From: Solobacterium sp. UBA3303
GTDB taxonomy: Bacteria; Bacillota_I; Bacilli_A; Erysipelotrichales; Erysipelotrichaceae
Reading direction: 5' to 3'
NCBI GenBank assembly: GCA_002362065.1
Contig: DESX01000013.1
Location: 1,567-65,566, forward strand
Length of the DNA: 64,000 nucleotides
The notes under the pieces were generated by a model. It made no database searches, was not told the origin of the DNA, and saw only the letters and a list, made by a program, of their open reading frames with translations. How positions within the stretch are numbered: the first letter of the stretch is position 1; the number at the start of each line of letters is the position of its first letter. Positions 10,581 through 19,921 of the stretch are shown piece by piece. Both the position numbers and the translations under genes were made by a program.

Positions 10581-11481
10581 AACGATCGTTATCTCTCTGG
10601 GCGGAAACGCCCTTGGCTATGAACCGGCAAGTCAGATCGAGAATCTGAAAAAGGCGATCATCCCGATCGTAGATCTGATCGAAGATGGCCATATAGTCAT
10701 GATCAGTCACGGAAACGGTCCACAGGTCGGACTGATCTTAAAAGCGTTTGAAAACGCCAATGTGGATATGCCTCTGGCGGAATGCGGCGCGATGTCGCAG
10801 GGCTATATCGGCTATGAACTCAAGCAGGTCCTCGACAACGAGTTAAAGAAAAGGGGCCTTGAAAAACAAAGTGTCTGTATTGTTACCCAAACACTTGTCG
10901 ATGAAGATGATGAAGGCTTCTTTGAACAAAATAAGCCGATCGGAAGATTCTATACGAAGGACGAGGCGGAAAAGCTTTCCTTAAAGACCGGCTTCACGTA
11001 TAAGGATGATGCAGGAAGAGGCTATCGCCGCCACGTTTGCTCGCCAAGACCCAGACGGATCATTGAAGAACAAGCCATCCGAAAGTTGATGGATGAGTTC
11101 ATCGTGATCTGTGCCGGCGGAGGCGGTGTACCGGTCATTGAAAAAGACGGGGCACTTCAAGGCATCGATGCGGTCATCGACAAAGATCTTTGTTCGGCCC
11201 TGCTGGCACAAAGCATTGACGCAGACAAGCTGGTGATCCTGATGAAAGAAGACAACGTCTTCTATCATTTTGGGAAAGCAGATGAAGAAAAACTGGGAAG
11301 GGTATCCGCTTCAAAGATGTATCAGTATCTTGAAGAAGGCGAATTCGCCAAAGGAAGCATGTATCCGAAGGTCGAAGCCTGTCTGAACTTTGTAAGGGAT
11401 GGGAAACAGGCGATCATCACTTCCCCGGAACTGCTGAAAGAGGCTTTGAAAGGCAAAGCCGGTACGATCATTACGATTTAA
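10564..11481 (+). CDS. arcC: carbamate kinase
   Basis: VISLGGNAL and [11 protein letters not shown] chose the ATG at 10564 (MEKTSE...) rather than the ORF-track start at 10549, which lies deeper inside arcB. Confidence 0.92.
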   Translation: MEKTSETIVISLGGNALGYEPASQIENLKKAIIPIVDLIEDGHIVMISHGNGPQVGLILKAFENANVDMPLAECGAMSQGYIGYELKQVLDNELKKRGLEKQSVCIVTQTLVDEDDEGFFEQNKPIGRFYTKDEAEKLSLKTGFTYKDDAGRGYRRHVCSPRPRRIIEEQAIRKLMDEFIVICAGGGGVPVIEKDGALQGIDAVIDKDLCSALLAQSIDADKLVILMKEDNVFYHFGKADEEKLGRVSASKMYQYLEEGEFAKGSMYPKVEACLNFVRDGKQAIITSPELLKEALKGKAGTIITI

Positions 11482-11485
11482 AAGA

Positions 11486-11516
11486 AACGGTATGGATGAG
11501 CCATACCGTTGTTTTT
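11486..11516. terminator. bidirectional intrinsic terminator (arcC / convergent gene)
   Basis: aacggtatgg/ccataccgtt 10-bp stem, then gttttt. It overlaps the stop codon of the minus-strand gene. Confidence 0.75.
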
Positions 11517-12597
11517 ATATTGCTTTGTTGACTGTGACGATGAAGTCCTGGGCATTGGTGATGATGGACTTGGCGGATAAGGAACCGCGGTCCGCCAGCT
11601 TGTTGGCCGTAAATTCGGAGATATCGACACAATAGAAGTAGACCTGACGCATCCGTCCTTGTTTGTCTATGCGATAGGATGGAGTCATGTTTCCGACAGC
11701 GATTGAATGAAGCATCGTGGCGATGCATATGACGGTCGTCGCATCTTTGATCTGTTCACGCATCTTTTCCTGTGCTTCATAGACATCGCCAAACACGCAA
11801 GGAAGTGGTCCGTCATCGCGGATCGATCCGCCTAAAACGTACGGGACGTGATTCTTTTCGCAGGCATAGATGATGCCGTTATCGATCTTTTCGTTTTCAA
11901 TGAAGGAAGCAACACTTCCATAGTAACGTACACGGTTGATCGTATCGAGGTGATTGTAGTGTCCGTTCGGCATGGACTTTTGCGTATAGATATCCTGTCC
12001 CAAGGCAGTTTTGAGATAGGAACCTTCAAGATCATGCGTTGCCAGAGCGTTGCCGGCCAGTAAGGCATGTACATAGCCCTTGTCGACCAAAGAGGCAAAG
12101 GCGTCCTTGGAGTCCTTGTCAAAAGCGACAGCCGGGCCTAAGACCCAGACGATCTTTCCGTGTTCTCTGTCGTGTCTTAAGACATCGTATAATTCATCGT
12201 AGTCTTTGGAGAAAGCAGTCTCCCTGCTGCGGTTGAGACGGAAGGCAAAGACATCCTTGTCTTCTTCCGATTCCCTGAAGCCGTTAGGGTGGACATAGAT
12301 CCCGTCTTCACAGTTCTCGGTCCTGCCGCAGACGATCAGATCATCTTTTTTGATATTGCGGAATTCGATGACTTTGATCTGCCCATCCCTGTATGCCGCG
12401 ACGCAGTCCATGCGGCTTTCTTTGGCAAGCAGCCAGTTTCCTTCGACCTTGAAATATTCAGGGAAGATCGACATGGCGTGATAGCCTTCCGGGGCAACGC
12501 CGTCAAATGGTGCCTTGACGAGTTTTACATCAGGCGCCTCAGAAAAATGCTTCTCAGTGAAGTCAGGTTCATAGTATTGTCTCAATTGAAGATTCAT
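11515..12597 (-). CDS. TIGR00300 / LOR-SDH conserved-region family protein (archaeal-type ornithine cyclodeaminase-like)
   Basis: 360 aa. Motifs AGNALATHD, GHYNHLD, GGSIRDDGPLP and MLHSIAVGNM match my recollection of this family, which includes the C-terminal ornithine cyclodeaminase domain of cyanobacterial AgrE/ArgZ. The assignment is from memory only. Confidence 0.5.
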   Translation of the reverse strand: MNLQLRQYYEPDFTEKHFSEAPDVKLVKAPFDGVAPEGYHAMSIFPEYFKVEGNWLLAKESRMDCVAAYRDGQIKVIEFRNIKKDDLIVCGRTENCEDGIYVHPNGFRESEEDKDVFAFRLNRSRETAFSKDYDELYDVLRHDREHGKIVWVLGPAVAFDKDSKDAFASLVDKGYVHALLAGNALATHDLEGSYLKTALGQDIYTQKSMPNGHYNHLDTINRVRYYGSVASFIENEKIDNGIIYACEKNHVPYVLGGSIRDDGPLPCVFGDVYEAQEKMREQIKDATTVICIATMLHSIAVGNMTPSYRIDKQGRMRQVYFYCVDISEFTANKLADRGSLSAKSIITNAQDFIVTVNKAI

Positions 12598-12657
12598 AAA
12601 TGCCCTCCGCCTTCAGCATACCACATTAAATGCGGATTCAAGAAAGAAAAAAAGGAT

Positions 12658-13056
12658 CTAATGATCCTGATGCAGTGTATCTTTGAATACGTAGTATTTC
12701 TGATAGAAGAACTCGGTGACAAGGTTCACCAGCATGTTCAATATCGTCACAAGATAATCATTGAAATGAAGTGTCATAGTCAGATAGTTTCCGACGTAGG
12801 TCGACAATGGCGTAAAGATCAGATAGTAGAGGAAGACCTTGGCCATGGCAACCGGTACATTGGAAGCGGATTTGAAGGTGAAGTTGCGGTTGAGCGTAAA
12901 GTTCCAAAGGACCGATAAGATCAGCGAGATCAGATAGCTTGGCCACCACGCCATGTGAAAGGCGTCATGGAATAAGGCAAAACTTCCAAGCTGTATGATA
13001 CCGGCGGAAAGGGAAAACAATGTAAATTTGATGCTTTGAAGAAGATCTTTATTCAT
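12658..13056 (-). CDS. GtrA family membrane protein
   Basis: 132 aa, 4 TM helices, and a WNFTLNRNFTFKS motif typical of GtrA-like proteins. Confidence 0.8.
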   Translation of the reverse strand: MNKDLLQSIKFTLFSLSAGIIQLGSFALFHDAFHMAWWPSYLISLILSVLWNFTLNRNFTFKSASNVPVAMAKVFLYYLIFTPLSTYVGNYLTMTLHFNDYLVTILNMLVNLVTEFFYQKYYVFKDTLHQDH

Positions 13057-13459
13057 ATTTTCCTTTCAGATGATCGTTTGCCTGTTTTAAAACTTCCTTC
13101 ATGTTGTCGAAGGTGAGCTTTTCATAAGCTTCTTCATATGGAAGCAATAACATCGTTTCGACTTCCTCTTCCTGGGCGACCGGCGTCTGGTTTTCATAAT
13201 AGCCTAGGTAATAGACTGAAGTCTTTTCGATGCCGTTAGGCATGATGTAGACGAGCTCTTTTTCAAACGTTTCATCAAGTGTGACGTCGATCCCGGCCTC
13301 TTCTTTGATCTCACGAAGGGCAGCTTCTCTTCTGGTTTCCTTGTTTTCCAGATGCCCTTTCGGGAAACCGTAGTTTCCATGGAAATCTTTGATCAGAAGA
13401 TAGAGGATCGTATCGTTTTCGATCGTATAGGTGATCGCTCCTGCAGATATTTCAGACAT
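13049..13459 (-). CDS. NUDIX hydrolase
   Basis: Nudix box GFPKGHLENKETRREAALREIKEEAGI. The start is ambiguous: ATG at 13459 chosen, ORF-track TTG at 13492. 8-nt overlap with the gtrA-like gene. Confidence 0.85.
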   Translation of the reverse strand: MSEISAGAITYTIENDTILYLLIKDFHGNYGFPKGHLENKETRREAALREIKEEAGIDVTLDETFEKELVYIMPNGIEKTSVYYLGYYENQTPVAQEEEVETMLLLPYEEAYEKLTFDNMKEVLKQANDHLKGKYE

Positions 13460-13497
13460 ACCTTGATTATAAGCCCATCTCAAGAAAATCAAAAGGT

Positions 13498-13526
13498 TTG
13501 GTTAATGAGTGTCTTTGTTTTAAAAT
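13498..13526 (+). promoter_or_regulatory. candidate sigmaA promoter (TTGGTT-17-TAAAAT) directly upstream of lipid kinase gene
   Basis: -35 ttggtt at 13498-13503, 17-nt spacer, -10 taaaat at 13521-13526. The ATG at 13535 is only 8 nt downstream and no SD is visible. Confidence 0.35.
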
Positions 13527-13534
13527 AGTTACAT

Positions 13535-14404
13535 ATGAAACTGCTCTTACTGATCAACGCCCATTCCGGCGTGAAGAATTCCAAGGCAAATCTCTTAAGC
13601 GTCATCGACATCTTCTGCAGACATGGTTATGATGTATCTGCCTATGTCACACAAAAGAGGAATGATGCCTATGAATACCTGAGCAAAAACCGGGTGAAAT
13701 ACGATGTGGTCTGTGTCTTTGGCGGGGATGGAACGATGAATGAAGTCACCAATGCATTGATGCGAAAAGAACATAAGCCGCTGCTTGGTTATTTTCCAAG
13801 CGGAACGATGAACGATTTCGGATCCAATTTTGAGCTCGGGACGGATTTTATAAAGATCGCCGAGAGGATCTGCGAAGGAAACGTCCGGAAATATGATGTC
13901 GGGCAGTTCAATGGCCGCTACTTCAATTATGTGGCCGCATTTGGCGCGATGTGCGATGTGCCGTTCACCACAAAGCGCGATGCCAAGGAGGCCTTAGGCA
14001 ATATCGCCTACATCATGGAAGGCATTTCAAAACTGCCGGATATCCGCATGCACAAAGTCCGCTACACGATCGGCAGCCGGACCTATAAAAAAGATGTCCT
14101 GTTCGGACTGATCTATTCGGGGAATCGGGTGGCTGGCATGGAACTCGAAGACAAGAAGCGTTCGCGGATCGACGATGGCTACTTCAACGTATTGATCGTC
14201 GAGTATGTGCCAACCATATTCAATGCGCCGGATCTTTTATCGACGATCTTACAGCAGGATAAGTTCATCCACCGCTACCGCACCAAGGCGATCTCTCTGG
14301 AATTTGAAGATGACATCGTCTGGACACTGGATGGCGAAGAGGCGAAAGTCAAGGATAAAGTTGATATCACGATCATAAATAAAGCACTCAGTTTACTTGC
14401 CTGA
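13535..14404 (+). CDS. diacylglycerol/lipid kinase (YegS/DagK family)
   Basis: 289 aa. N-terminal LLLINAHSG and GGDGTMNEV motifs. Confidence 0.88.
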   Translation: MKLLLLINAHSGVKNSKANLLSVIDIFCRHGYDVSAYVTQKRNDAYEYLSKNRVKYDVVCVFGGDGTMNEVTNALMRKEHKPLLGYFPSGTMNDFGSNFELGTDFIKIAERICEGNVRKYDVGQFNGRYFNYVAAFGAMCDVPFTTKRDAKEALGNIAYIMEGISKLPDIRMHKVRYTIGSRTYKKDVLFGLIYSGNRVAGMELEDKKRSRIDDGYFNVLIVEYVPTIFNAPDLLSTILQQDKFIHRYRTKAISLEFEDDIVWTLDGEEAKVKDKVDITIINKALSLLA

Positions 14405-14416
14405 GTGCTTTTTTAA
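14381..14416. terminator. bidirectional intrinsic terminator
   Basis: aaagcactcag/ctgagtgcttt 11-bp stem, with tttt on the + strand and tttattt on the - strand. It overlaps the kinase stop codon. Confidence 0.7.
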
Positions 14417-14439
14417 GATCAGTTTGTTTTTTTGGATTT

Positions 14440-15120
14440 TTACTTCATCAGGCTCGTTAAGAGGCCGAGCAGTTCCGTACCGTTGGACTGTGTCTGTGTC
14501 GGTTTGTTTCCGCCTAAGAGACTTCCAAGCAGGTCAAGACCGCTGTTGGATGAAGAAGTGTTCGCAGAAGAACCGCCAAGCAGGGAACCTAATAAGCCGG
14601 CTGCCGGATTGGAGTTGGTGTTGGATACGTTTGCGCCACCGAGCAGGCCTGCGATATCAGAGAGGTCGATGCCGTCGGACAGGTCAACTTTGTTGGTCTG
14701 CGGTTTTGCGGCCTGCGCAGTCGTAGCTGTGGAAAGGCTGTTGAGCAAAGAAGGTGCGATCGCGTTCAGAACGCTGTTGACTTCCTTTGCGGACAGACCG
14801 GTCTGTTTTGCCAGTGAGCTGATGACCGATTTCTGATCAGAGCCTAAGATGTGGGCGATGATCTTTGCGCCGTCTGTTGAGTCAGCGTTGGAGATCTGTT
14901 GCGAAACAGTCTGTGTGCTGGTGTGCTGCGTCAAAGCAGATAAGAGGGAAGTAGCGCCTTCCTTCTTGGAAGCATTCTTCGTCAGATAAGTGATCAGAAG
15001 AGGTACTGCCATCATCAGCAGCTTAGAGATCGAACCGGAAGCAACGCCTGTCTTTTTGGATGCTGCATTGACAGAATCGTTGGTCGTTAATGCGCCTAAT
15101 AATAACTGTAAAAGATTCAT
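14440..15120 (-). CDS. DUF937 domain protein, low-complexity C-terminal half
   Basis: 226 aa. The N-terminus (MNLLQLLLGALTTNDSVNAASKKTG...) resembles DUF937. The Ser/Gly/Leu/Asn-rich tail repeats LLGSLLGG-type units. Confidence 0.6.
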   Translation of the reverse strand: MNLLQLLLGALTTNDSVNAASKKTGVASGSISKLLMMAVPLLITYLTKNASKKEGATSLLSALTQHTSTQTVSQQISNADSTDGAKIIAHILGSDQKSVISSLAKQTGLSAKEVNSVLNAIAPSLLNSLSTATTAQAAKPQTNKVDLSDGIDLSDIAGLLGGANVSNTNSNPAAGLLGSLLGGSSANTSSSNSGLDLLGSLLGGNKPTQTQSNGTELLGLLTSLMK

Positions 15121-15268
15121 TATTCAATTCTCCTTATTCTTTATTTTCATTGTACACTTTTTTTCCACGCAGTTGTCAATTCTTATATGCACGCAGACAA
15201 TGGAATGATTGGTACGAAGAGCACTAAATCTGACAGCTTTTTGACAAAAAAGTGATAATATTTATAGT

Positions 15269-17005
15269 ATGTTCAGATTATTAAAAAGATTTACAAAAGA
15301 CGGCTGGTGGGCCGCGTTATTAGGTCCGGTATTCACTGCCCTGGAAGTGGCGGTGGATGCTTTGATCCCGCTGGTCATGTCGGATATCATCGATAAAGGC
15401 ATATACGGCATGGGCGGAGACCTCGATTACATCTGGAACAGAGGTCTGTATATGATCCTGCTGGCTGTGCTTGGTGCAGTTTTCGGGTCCCTTTCGGGAT
15501 GGTTTTCTTCAGTCGCTTCGACAAGATTTATCCGCAATATCCGCTATGCGATGTTCTCCAAGATTCAGGAATTCAGCTTTGAGAACATTGAAAAGTATCC
15601 GGTTCCGACGGTCGTCATGCGTATGACGGCGGATATGCGTATGCTCAGGATGGCGTATGTGAGTATCGTCAGGATGCTGATCAGAGCACCATTCAACCTG
15701 ATCCTGTCGGCGTACTTTGTCTTCACGATGAATCCTTCACTGGCTTCGATCTTTGCCTTTACGATCCCGGTCTTAGGTGTCGGACTCATCTTTATCTATT
15801 CCAAGGCACATCCGCGCTTCCGTCAGATGATGCTCAAATTCGATGCACTCGATGCAAACCTCGAAGAAAATATCGAGGGTATCCGTGTCGTCAAGACCTT
15901 CGTCAGGGAAGACTACGAGAACAAGAAGTTCAATGCGGCTTCCGAAGGCGTCATGAAGGCACAGCGTTTTGCCGAAAACATCGTCATCCTCAACCGGCCG
16001 TTCTTTGAACTGGTCATGTATGTCTGCATGGTCATCATTGCCTGGGTCGGCGGCAGAGATGTCATCAATGGCACGATGACGACCGGCAATTTCATGGCTT
16101 ACATTTCCTATATCCGTGCGATCTTGTTTGCCTTATTGATGATCTCCAACGTCTTCTTACAGATCGTCATGGCACAGGCTTCGGTCGATCGTGCCAATGA
16201 GATCCTCGATGAAGAGCCGAAAGTTACGGATCACGATGCTGATGAGAGTCTGAACGTGGAAGAAGGAAGCATCGAATTCCGCAATGTCAGCTTCAAGTAT
16301 TCCGACGAGGCGCAAAAGAACGTCTTAAGCAACATCGATCTCAAGATCGAGTCGGGTGAAGTCATCGGAATCCTGGGTCCGACCGGTTCCTCCAAGTCGA
16401 CACTGGTACAGCTGATCCCGCGTCTTTACGATGTGACCCAGGGCGAAGTCTTAGTCGGCGGCCACAACGTCAGGGAATACAAACTGCACAATCTGCGTGA
16501 GGCAGTCGCCATGGTCTTACAGAAGAATACTTTATTCTCCGGTACGATCGAAGAGAATATGAAGTGGGGCAATCCAAACGCGACCCACGAAGAAGTCGTG
16601 GAAGCCTGCAAATATGCGCAGGCGGACGATTTCATTCAGGCGATGCCGATGAAATATGAAACAGAACTCGGCCAGGGCGGCGTCAATGTTTCCGGTGGCC
16701 AGAAACAGAGACTATGTATCGCAAGAGCTCTGATGAAACATCCGAAGATCATCATCCTCGATGATTCAACAAGTGCTGTCGATACCGATACCGATCATCG
16801 CATCCAGCTCGCTTTGAAGGAAAAGCTCGGCGGCATGACGACGATCATCATTGCCCAGCGCGTGGCTTCGGTCAAGGAAGCCAGCCGCATCATCATCATG
16901 AATGACGGCATGATCGAAGATATCGGCAATCATGAGGAACTCATGGCAAGGAATGAGGTCTATCGCGATCTCTACAATACACAGATGGAAGGAGCACTGG
17001 AATAA
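15269..17005 (+). CDS. ABC exporter, fused TMD-NBD half-transporter (degenerate-site subunit)
   Basis: 578 aa with 6 TM helices plus an NBD. Walker A GPTGSSKST, signature VSGGQKQR. Walker B IIILDD is followed by Ser, so Asp replaces the catalytic Glu. Confidence 0.92.
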   Translation: MFRLLKRFTKDGWWAALLGPVFTALEVAVDALIPLVMSDIIDKGIYGMGGDLDYIWNRGLYMILLAVLGAVFGSLSGWFSSVASTRFIRNIRYAMFSKIQEFSFENIEKYPVPTVVMRMTADMRMLRMAYVSIVRMLIRAPFNLILSAYFVFTMNPSLASIFAFTIPVLGVGLIFIYSKAHPRFRQMMLKFDALDANLEENIEGIRVVKTFVREDYENKKFNAASEGVMKAQRFAENIVILNRPFFELVMYVCMVIIAWVGGRDVINGTMTTGNFMAYISYIRAILFALLMISNVFLQIVMAQASVDRANEILDEEPKVTDHDADESLNVEEGSIEFRNVSFKYSDEAQKNVLSNIDLKIESGEVIGILGPTGSSKSTLVQLIPRLYDVTQGEVLVGGHNVREYKLHNLREAVAMVLQKNTLFSGTIEENMKWGNPNATHEEVVEACKYAQADDFIQAMPMKYETELGQGGVNVSGGQKQRLCIARALMKHPKIIILDDSTSAVDTDTDHRIQLALKEKLGGMTTIIIAQRVASVKEASRIIIMNDGMIEDIGNHEELMARNEVYRDLYNTQMEGALE

Positions 17006-18894
17006 TGGCAGACACAGGTTACAGACAGCTCAGGACTTCCAGAGCAAACGACGTGCTTGGCACGATCGGAAAGTGTTTCTCCTATATCGGGAAACGTTAC
17101 CGCTTCCGCTTTATCGCGGCGATCGTCTTTACGATCATCGCATCGATGACTGGTGTCATCTCATCCTATCTGTTCACACCGATCTTAAATAACTATGTCG
17201 TCCCATACATCGGACAGGAAAACCCGGATCTCAGCGGCTTCAAAAGGATGTTATTCGTGATGATCGCGGTCTATGTCACAGGCCTGGTCGCATCCTTCGC
17301 CTTCTCGAAACTGATGTCGATCGTTTCGACCGGTGTGCTTGATGACATGCGAAAAGACCTGTTCCGGGTCATGGAAAAACTCCCTGTGCGTTTCTTTGAT
17401 ACGAGGACGCATGGCGAAGTGATGAACTACTACACCAACGATATCGATACGATACGTCCGATGCTGGCGGATGGCTTCCCGACGCTGATCACCACGATGA
17501 TCACGATCGTGGGCTGCTTCAGCTTCATGTTTGCGCTGAATTTCCGTCTGAGCATCGTCATGGTCGTATTCCTGATCACGATGTTCTTCTTCACATTCTT
17601 CCTGGCCAAGGGTTCAAGAAAGACCTTTGCCGGACTGCAGAGAGAAGTTTCCAACATCAACGGCTATACGCAGGAGATGTTCTCCGGTCAGAAGGTCATC
17701 AAGGTCTTCAACCATGAAAAGGAAGCGATCGACGGCTTCCTGGAATTCAACGAGAGGCTTTACAACTATTCGCTTCGTTCCAATGCCTATGCATCGATGC
17801 TGATGCCGATCAACGGCAACCTGTCATACATCGCTTATGCGATCGTGGCAGTCCTTGGCGGACGCATGTGCATCGACGGCAGTATGCGGATCGGCGATCT
17901 GGCATCCTTCCTCTTGTTTGTCAGACAGTTTGCCGGACCGATCTCCAACCTTTCCCAGCAGTTCAACGGCATCATGATGTCGCTGGCCGGTGCAGAGAGA
18001 GTCTTCGATCTGATGGAGAAGGAAGCGGAACTCGACTACGGCATCATCGAACTGGTCAATGTCGAAGAAGACAAGGAAGAACTTGTCGAGACTGACAGGA
18101 AGACGGATCGCTGGGCATGGAAGATCCCGATCGATCCGCCAAAATATATCGAGCTTAAAGGCGATATCCGTTTAAACAACGTCACCTTCCGCTACAACGA
18201 AGGAAAGACGATCTTAAAGGACATCTCCTTATACGCCAACCCGGGTCAGAAGATCGCCTTTGTCGGTTCAACCGGTGCGGGCAAGACGACCATCACCAAC
18301 CTGATCAACCGTTTCTACGACGTGGAAGATCAGGAAGGCATGATCACCTTCGATGGCATCCCGATCAAGGAGATCAAGAAGGATGACTTGCGAAGATCCG
18401 TCGGTGTCGTTTTGCAGGACACGAACCTGTTCTCCGGTACGATCATGGACAATATCCGTTACGGAAGACTTGATGCGACCGATGAAGAATGCATCGCTGC
18501 CGCAAAGATCTCCAATGCGGATTCCTTCATTGAGAGACTGCCGCATGGCTATCAGACGGTGCTGAGTGCCAACGGATCCAATCTCTCGCAAGGCCAGAGG
18601 CAGCTGCTCAACATCGCAAGATGTGCGGTCGCCGATCCTCCGGTCATGGTTTTGGATGAAGCGACATCTTCGATCGATACCCATACCGAGAAGCTGATCG
18701 AAAAGGGTATGGATGAACTGATGAAAGGCCGTACGACCTTCGTCATCGCCCATCGTCTGTCGACCGTACGCAATGCCAATGCGATCATCGTCCTTGAACA
18801 CGGACAGATCATCGAACGCGGTGACCACGATGCTTTGATCGCCCAGAAGGGCAGATATTATCAGCTTTACACCGGCAAAGCCGAACTTGATTAA
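17005..18894 (+). CDS. ABC exporter, fused TMD-NBD half-transporter (consensus-site subunit)
   Basis: 629 aa. Walker A GSTGAGKTT, Walker B VMVLDEATS (catalytic Glu present), deviant signature LSQGQRQL. Start overlaps the upstream stop (ATAATG). Confidence 0.92.
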   Translation: MADTGYRQLRTSRANDVLGTIGKCFSYIGKRYRFRFIAAIVFTIIASMTGVISSYLFTPILNNYVVPYIGQENPDLSGFKRMLFVMIAVYVTGLVASFAFSKLMSIVSTGVLDDMRKDLFRVMEKLPVRFFDTRTHGEVMNYYTNDIDTIRPMLADGFPTLITTMITIVGCFSFMFALNFRLSIVMVVFLITMFFFTFFLAKGSRKTFAGLQREVSNINGYTQEMFSGQKVIKVFNHEKEAIDGFLEFNERLYNYSLRSNAYASMLMPINGNLSYIAYAIVAVLGGRMCIDGSMRIGDLASFLLFVRQFAGPISNLSQQFNGIMMSLAGAERVFDLMEKEAELDYGIIELVNVEEDKEELVETDRKTDRWAWKIPIDPPKYIELKGDIRLNNVTFRYNEGKTILKDISLYANPGQKIAFVGSTGAGKTTITNLINRFYDVEDQEGMITFDGIPIKEIKKDDLRRSVGVVLQDTNLFSGTIMDNIRYGRLDATDEECIAAAKISNADSFIERLPHGYQTVLSANGSNLSQGQRQLLNIARCAVADPPVMVLDEATSSIDTHTEKLIEKGMDELMKGRTTFVIAHRLSTVRNANAIIVLEHGQIIERGDHDALIAQKGRYYQLYTGKAELD

Positions 18895-18955
18895 AAAAGA
18901 CTGTAAATCTGATAAAAAAGATGTAAAATAGTATATGCACAAAAGAATATGATCT

Positions 18956-19032
18956 CAGGATGTAGCTCAGCTTGGTGGAGCGCTTGCTTCGGGTGTAAGA
19001 GGTCAAGGGTTCGAATCCCTTCATCCTGACCA
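18956..19032 (+). tRNA. tRNA-Pro (anticodon CGG)
   Basis: Hand-folded cloverleaf. Acceptor caggatg/catcctg, D-stem gctc/gagc, anticodon stem cttgc/gtaag with loop ttCGGgt. T-arm aaggg-ttcgaat-ccctt, discriminator A, encoded CCA. Confidence 0.85.
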
Positions 19033-19075
19033 TGTTCTTTTTTTGTATAATGAGAATGTATATGGAGATCAGCTT

Positions 19076-19921
19076 ATGAGTAAAGTGGCTTTGGTCCTGG
19101 AAGGCGGCGGACTTCGCGGTGTGTTTACCGGCGGAACGATCGACTGTTTTCTGGACAAAAAAATAGATTTTGATTATGTGGTCGGCGTCAGCGCCGGATC
19201 CTGCAATACCTTTGCCTATATCGGCAGACAAAGAGGCTATGCGAGAGCCTGCATGATACAGAAAGACCGTTCCAATTCCTTCTGGGGCGTATCGCAGATG
19301 AGGGAATCACACAAATTCGTGGATCTCGACAAGATCTTCTACGAGTACACGCAGCAGTATGATTTCGATTTTGACCGTTTCATTTCCAATCCGACGCCAT
19401 GGGATATGGTCGTATCCAACATCTATACCGGCAAGGCCGAGTATATGCATACAGATGACATCGAAAGATCAAGACTCATCGGCAAGGCGTCCTGCTCGAT
19501 GCCGGGCCTGACCGAACCGGTGAATATCGATGACCAGTTATATATGGATGGCGGTATCTGTGATTCGATCCCTGTGCAAAGAGCCCTGGATATGGGCTAT
19601 GACAAGGTCGTCGTCGTATTGACCAGGAAACAGGGAAATTATTCAAGGATCAACGATGCGGCATTGGCCTTGTTCAGAAGACTTTATGGAAAGTATCCGA
19701 ATTTCTATAAGGCACTGGAAAACAGGACACAGATGTATCACGATCAGGTCGATCTTTGTGAAAAGCTGGAGGCGGAAGGCAAAGTCATCATCATCCGCCC
19801 GACCATGCAGGAAGTCAGCAGGCTTGAATCCAACGAGGATGAACTGCTGATGTCCTATTACCATGGCTATACCAAGGCCAAGGAATTTGTCGATCAGATC
19901 AAAGACTGGAAAGAAAACTGA
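19076..19921 (+). CDS. patatin-like phospholipase
   Basis: GGGLRG oxyanion motif, GVSAG nucleophile elbow, DGG Asp motif. ATG at 19076 lies 7 nt after ggaga. TATAAT at 19046-19051 may be its -10. Confidence 0.88.
   Translation: MSKVALVLEGGGLRGVFTGGTIDCFLDKKIDFDYVVGVSAGSCNTFAYIGRQRGYARACMIQKDRSNSFWGVSQMRESHKFVDLDKIFYEYTQQYDFDFDRFISNPTPWDMVVSNIYTGKAEYMHTDDIERSRLIGKASCSMPGLTEPVNIDDQLYMDGGICDSIPVQRALDMGYDKVVVVLTRKQGNYSRINDAALALFRRLYGKYPNFYKALENRTQMYHDQVDLCEKLEAEGKVIIIRPTMQEVSRLESNEDELLMSYYHGYTKAKEFVDQIKDWKEN

Noticed and set aside
14440-15120. The repetitive LLGSLLGG / Ser-Asn-Thr-rich tail of the DUF937 protein considered as a DNA-level repeat element.
   Set aside because: The repeats are short and imperfect at nucleotide level and lie in frame inside a well-delimited ORF with its own terminator. 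This is a low-complexity protein region, not a mobile or structural DNA repeat.
15241-15268. Near-consensus TTGACA-16-TATAGT directly abutting the ATG of the first ABC exporter gene.
   Set aside because: A transcript from this promoter would start downstream of the annotated ATG (15269), and the next in-frame Met is far inside the TM domain. It is either fortuitous or the real promoter lies further upstream (for example TTGTCA-17-GACAAT at about 15173-15201). The sequence alone cannot decide.
18956-19075. tRNA-Pro, and likewise tRNA-Arg at 57075-57151, as an integration site of a genomic island.
   Set aside because: No integrase, no direct repeat of the tRNA 3' end, and no phage or IS genes within the flanking genes. 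The neighbours are ordinary metabolic genes.
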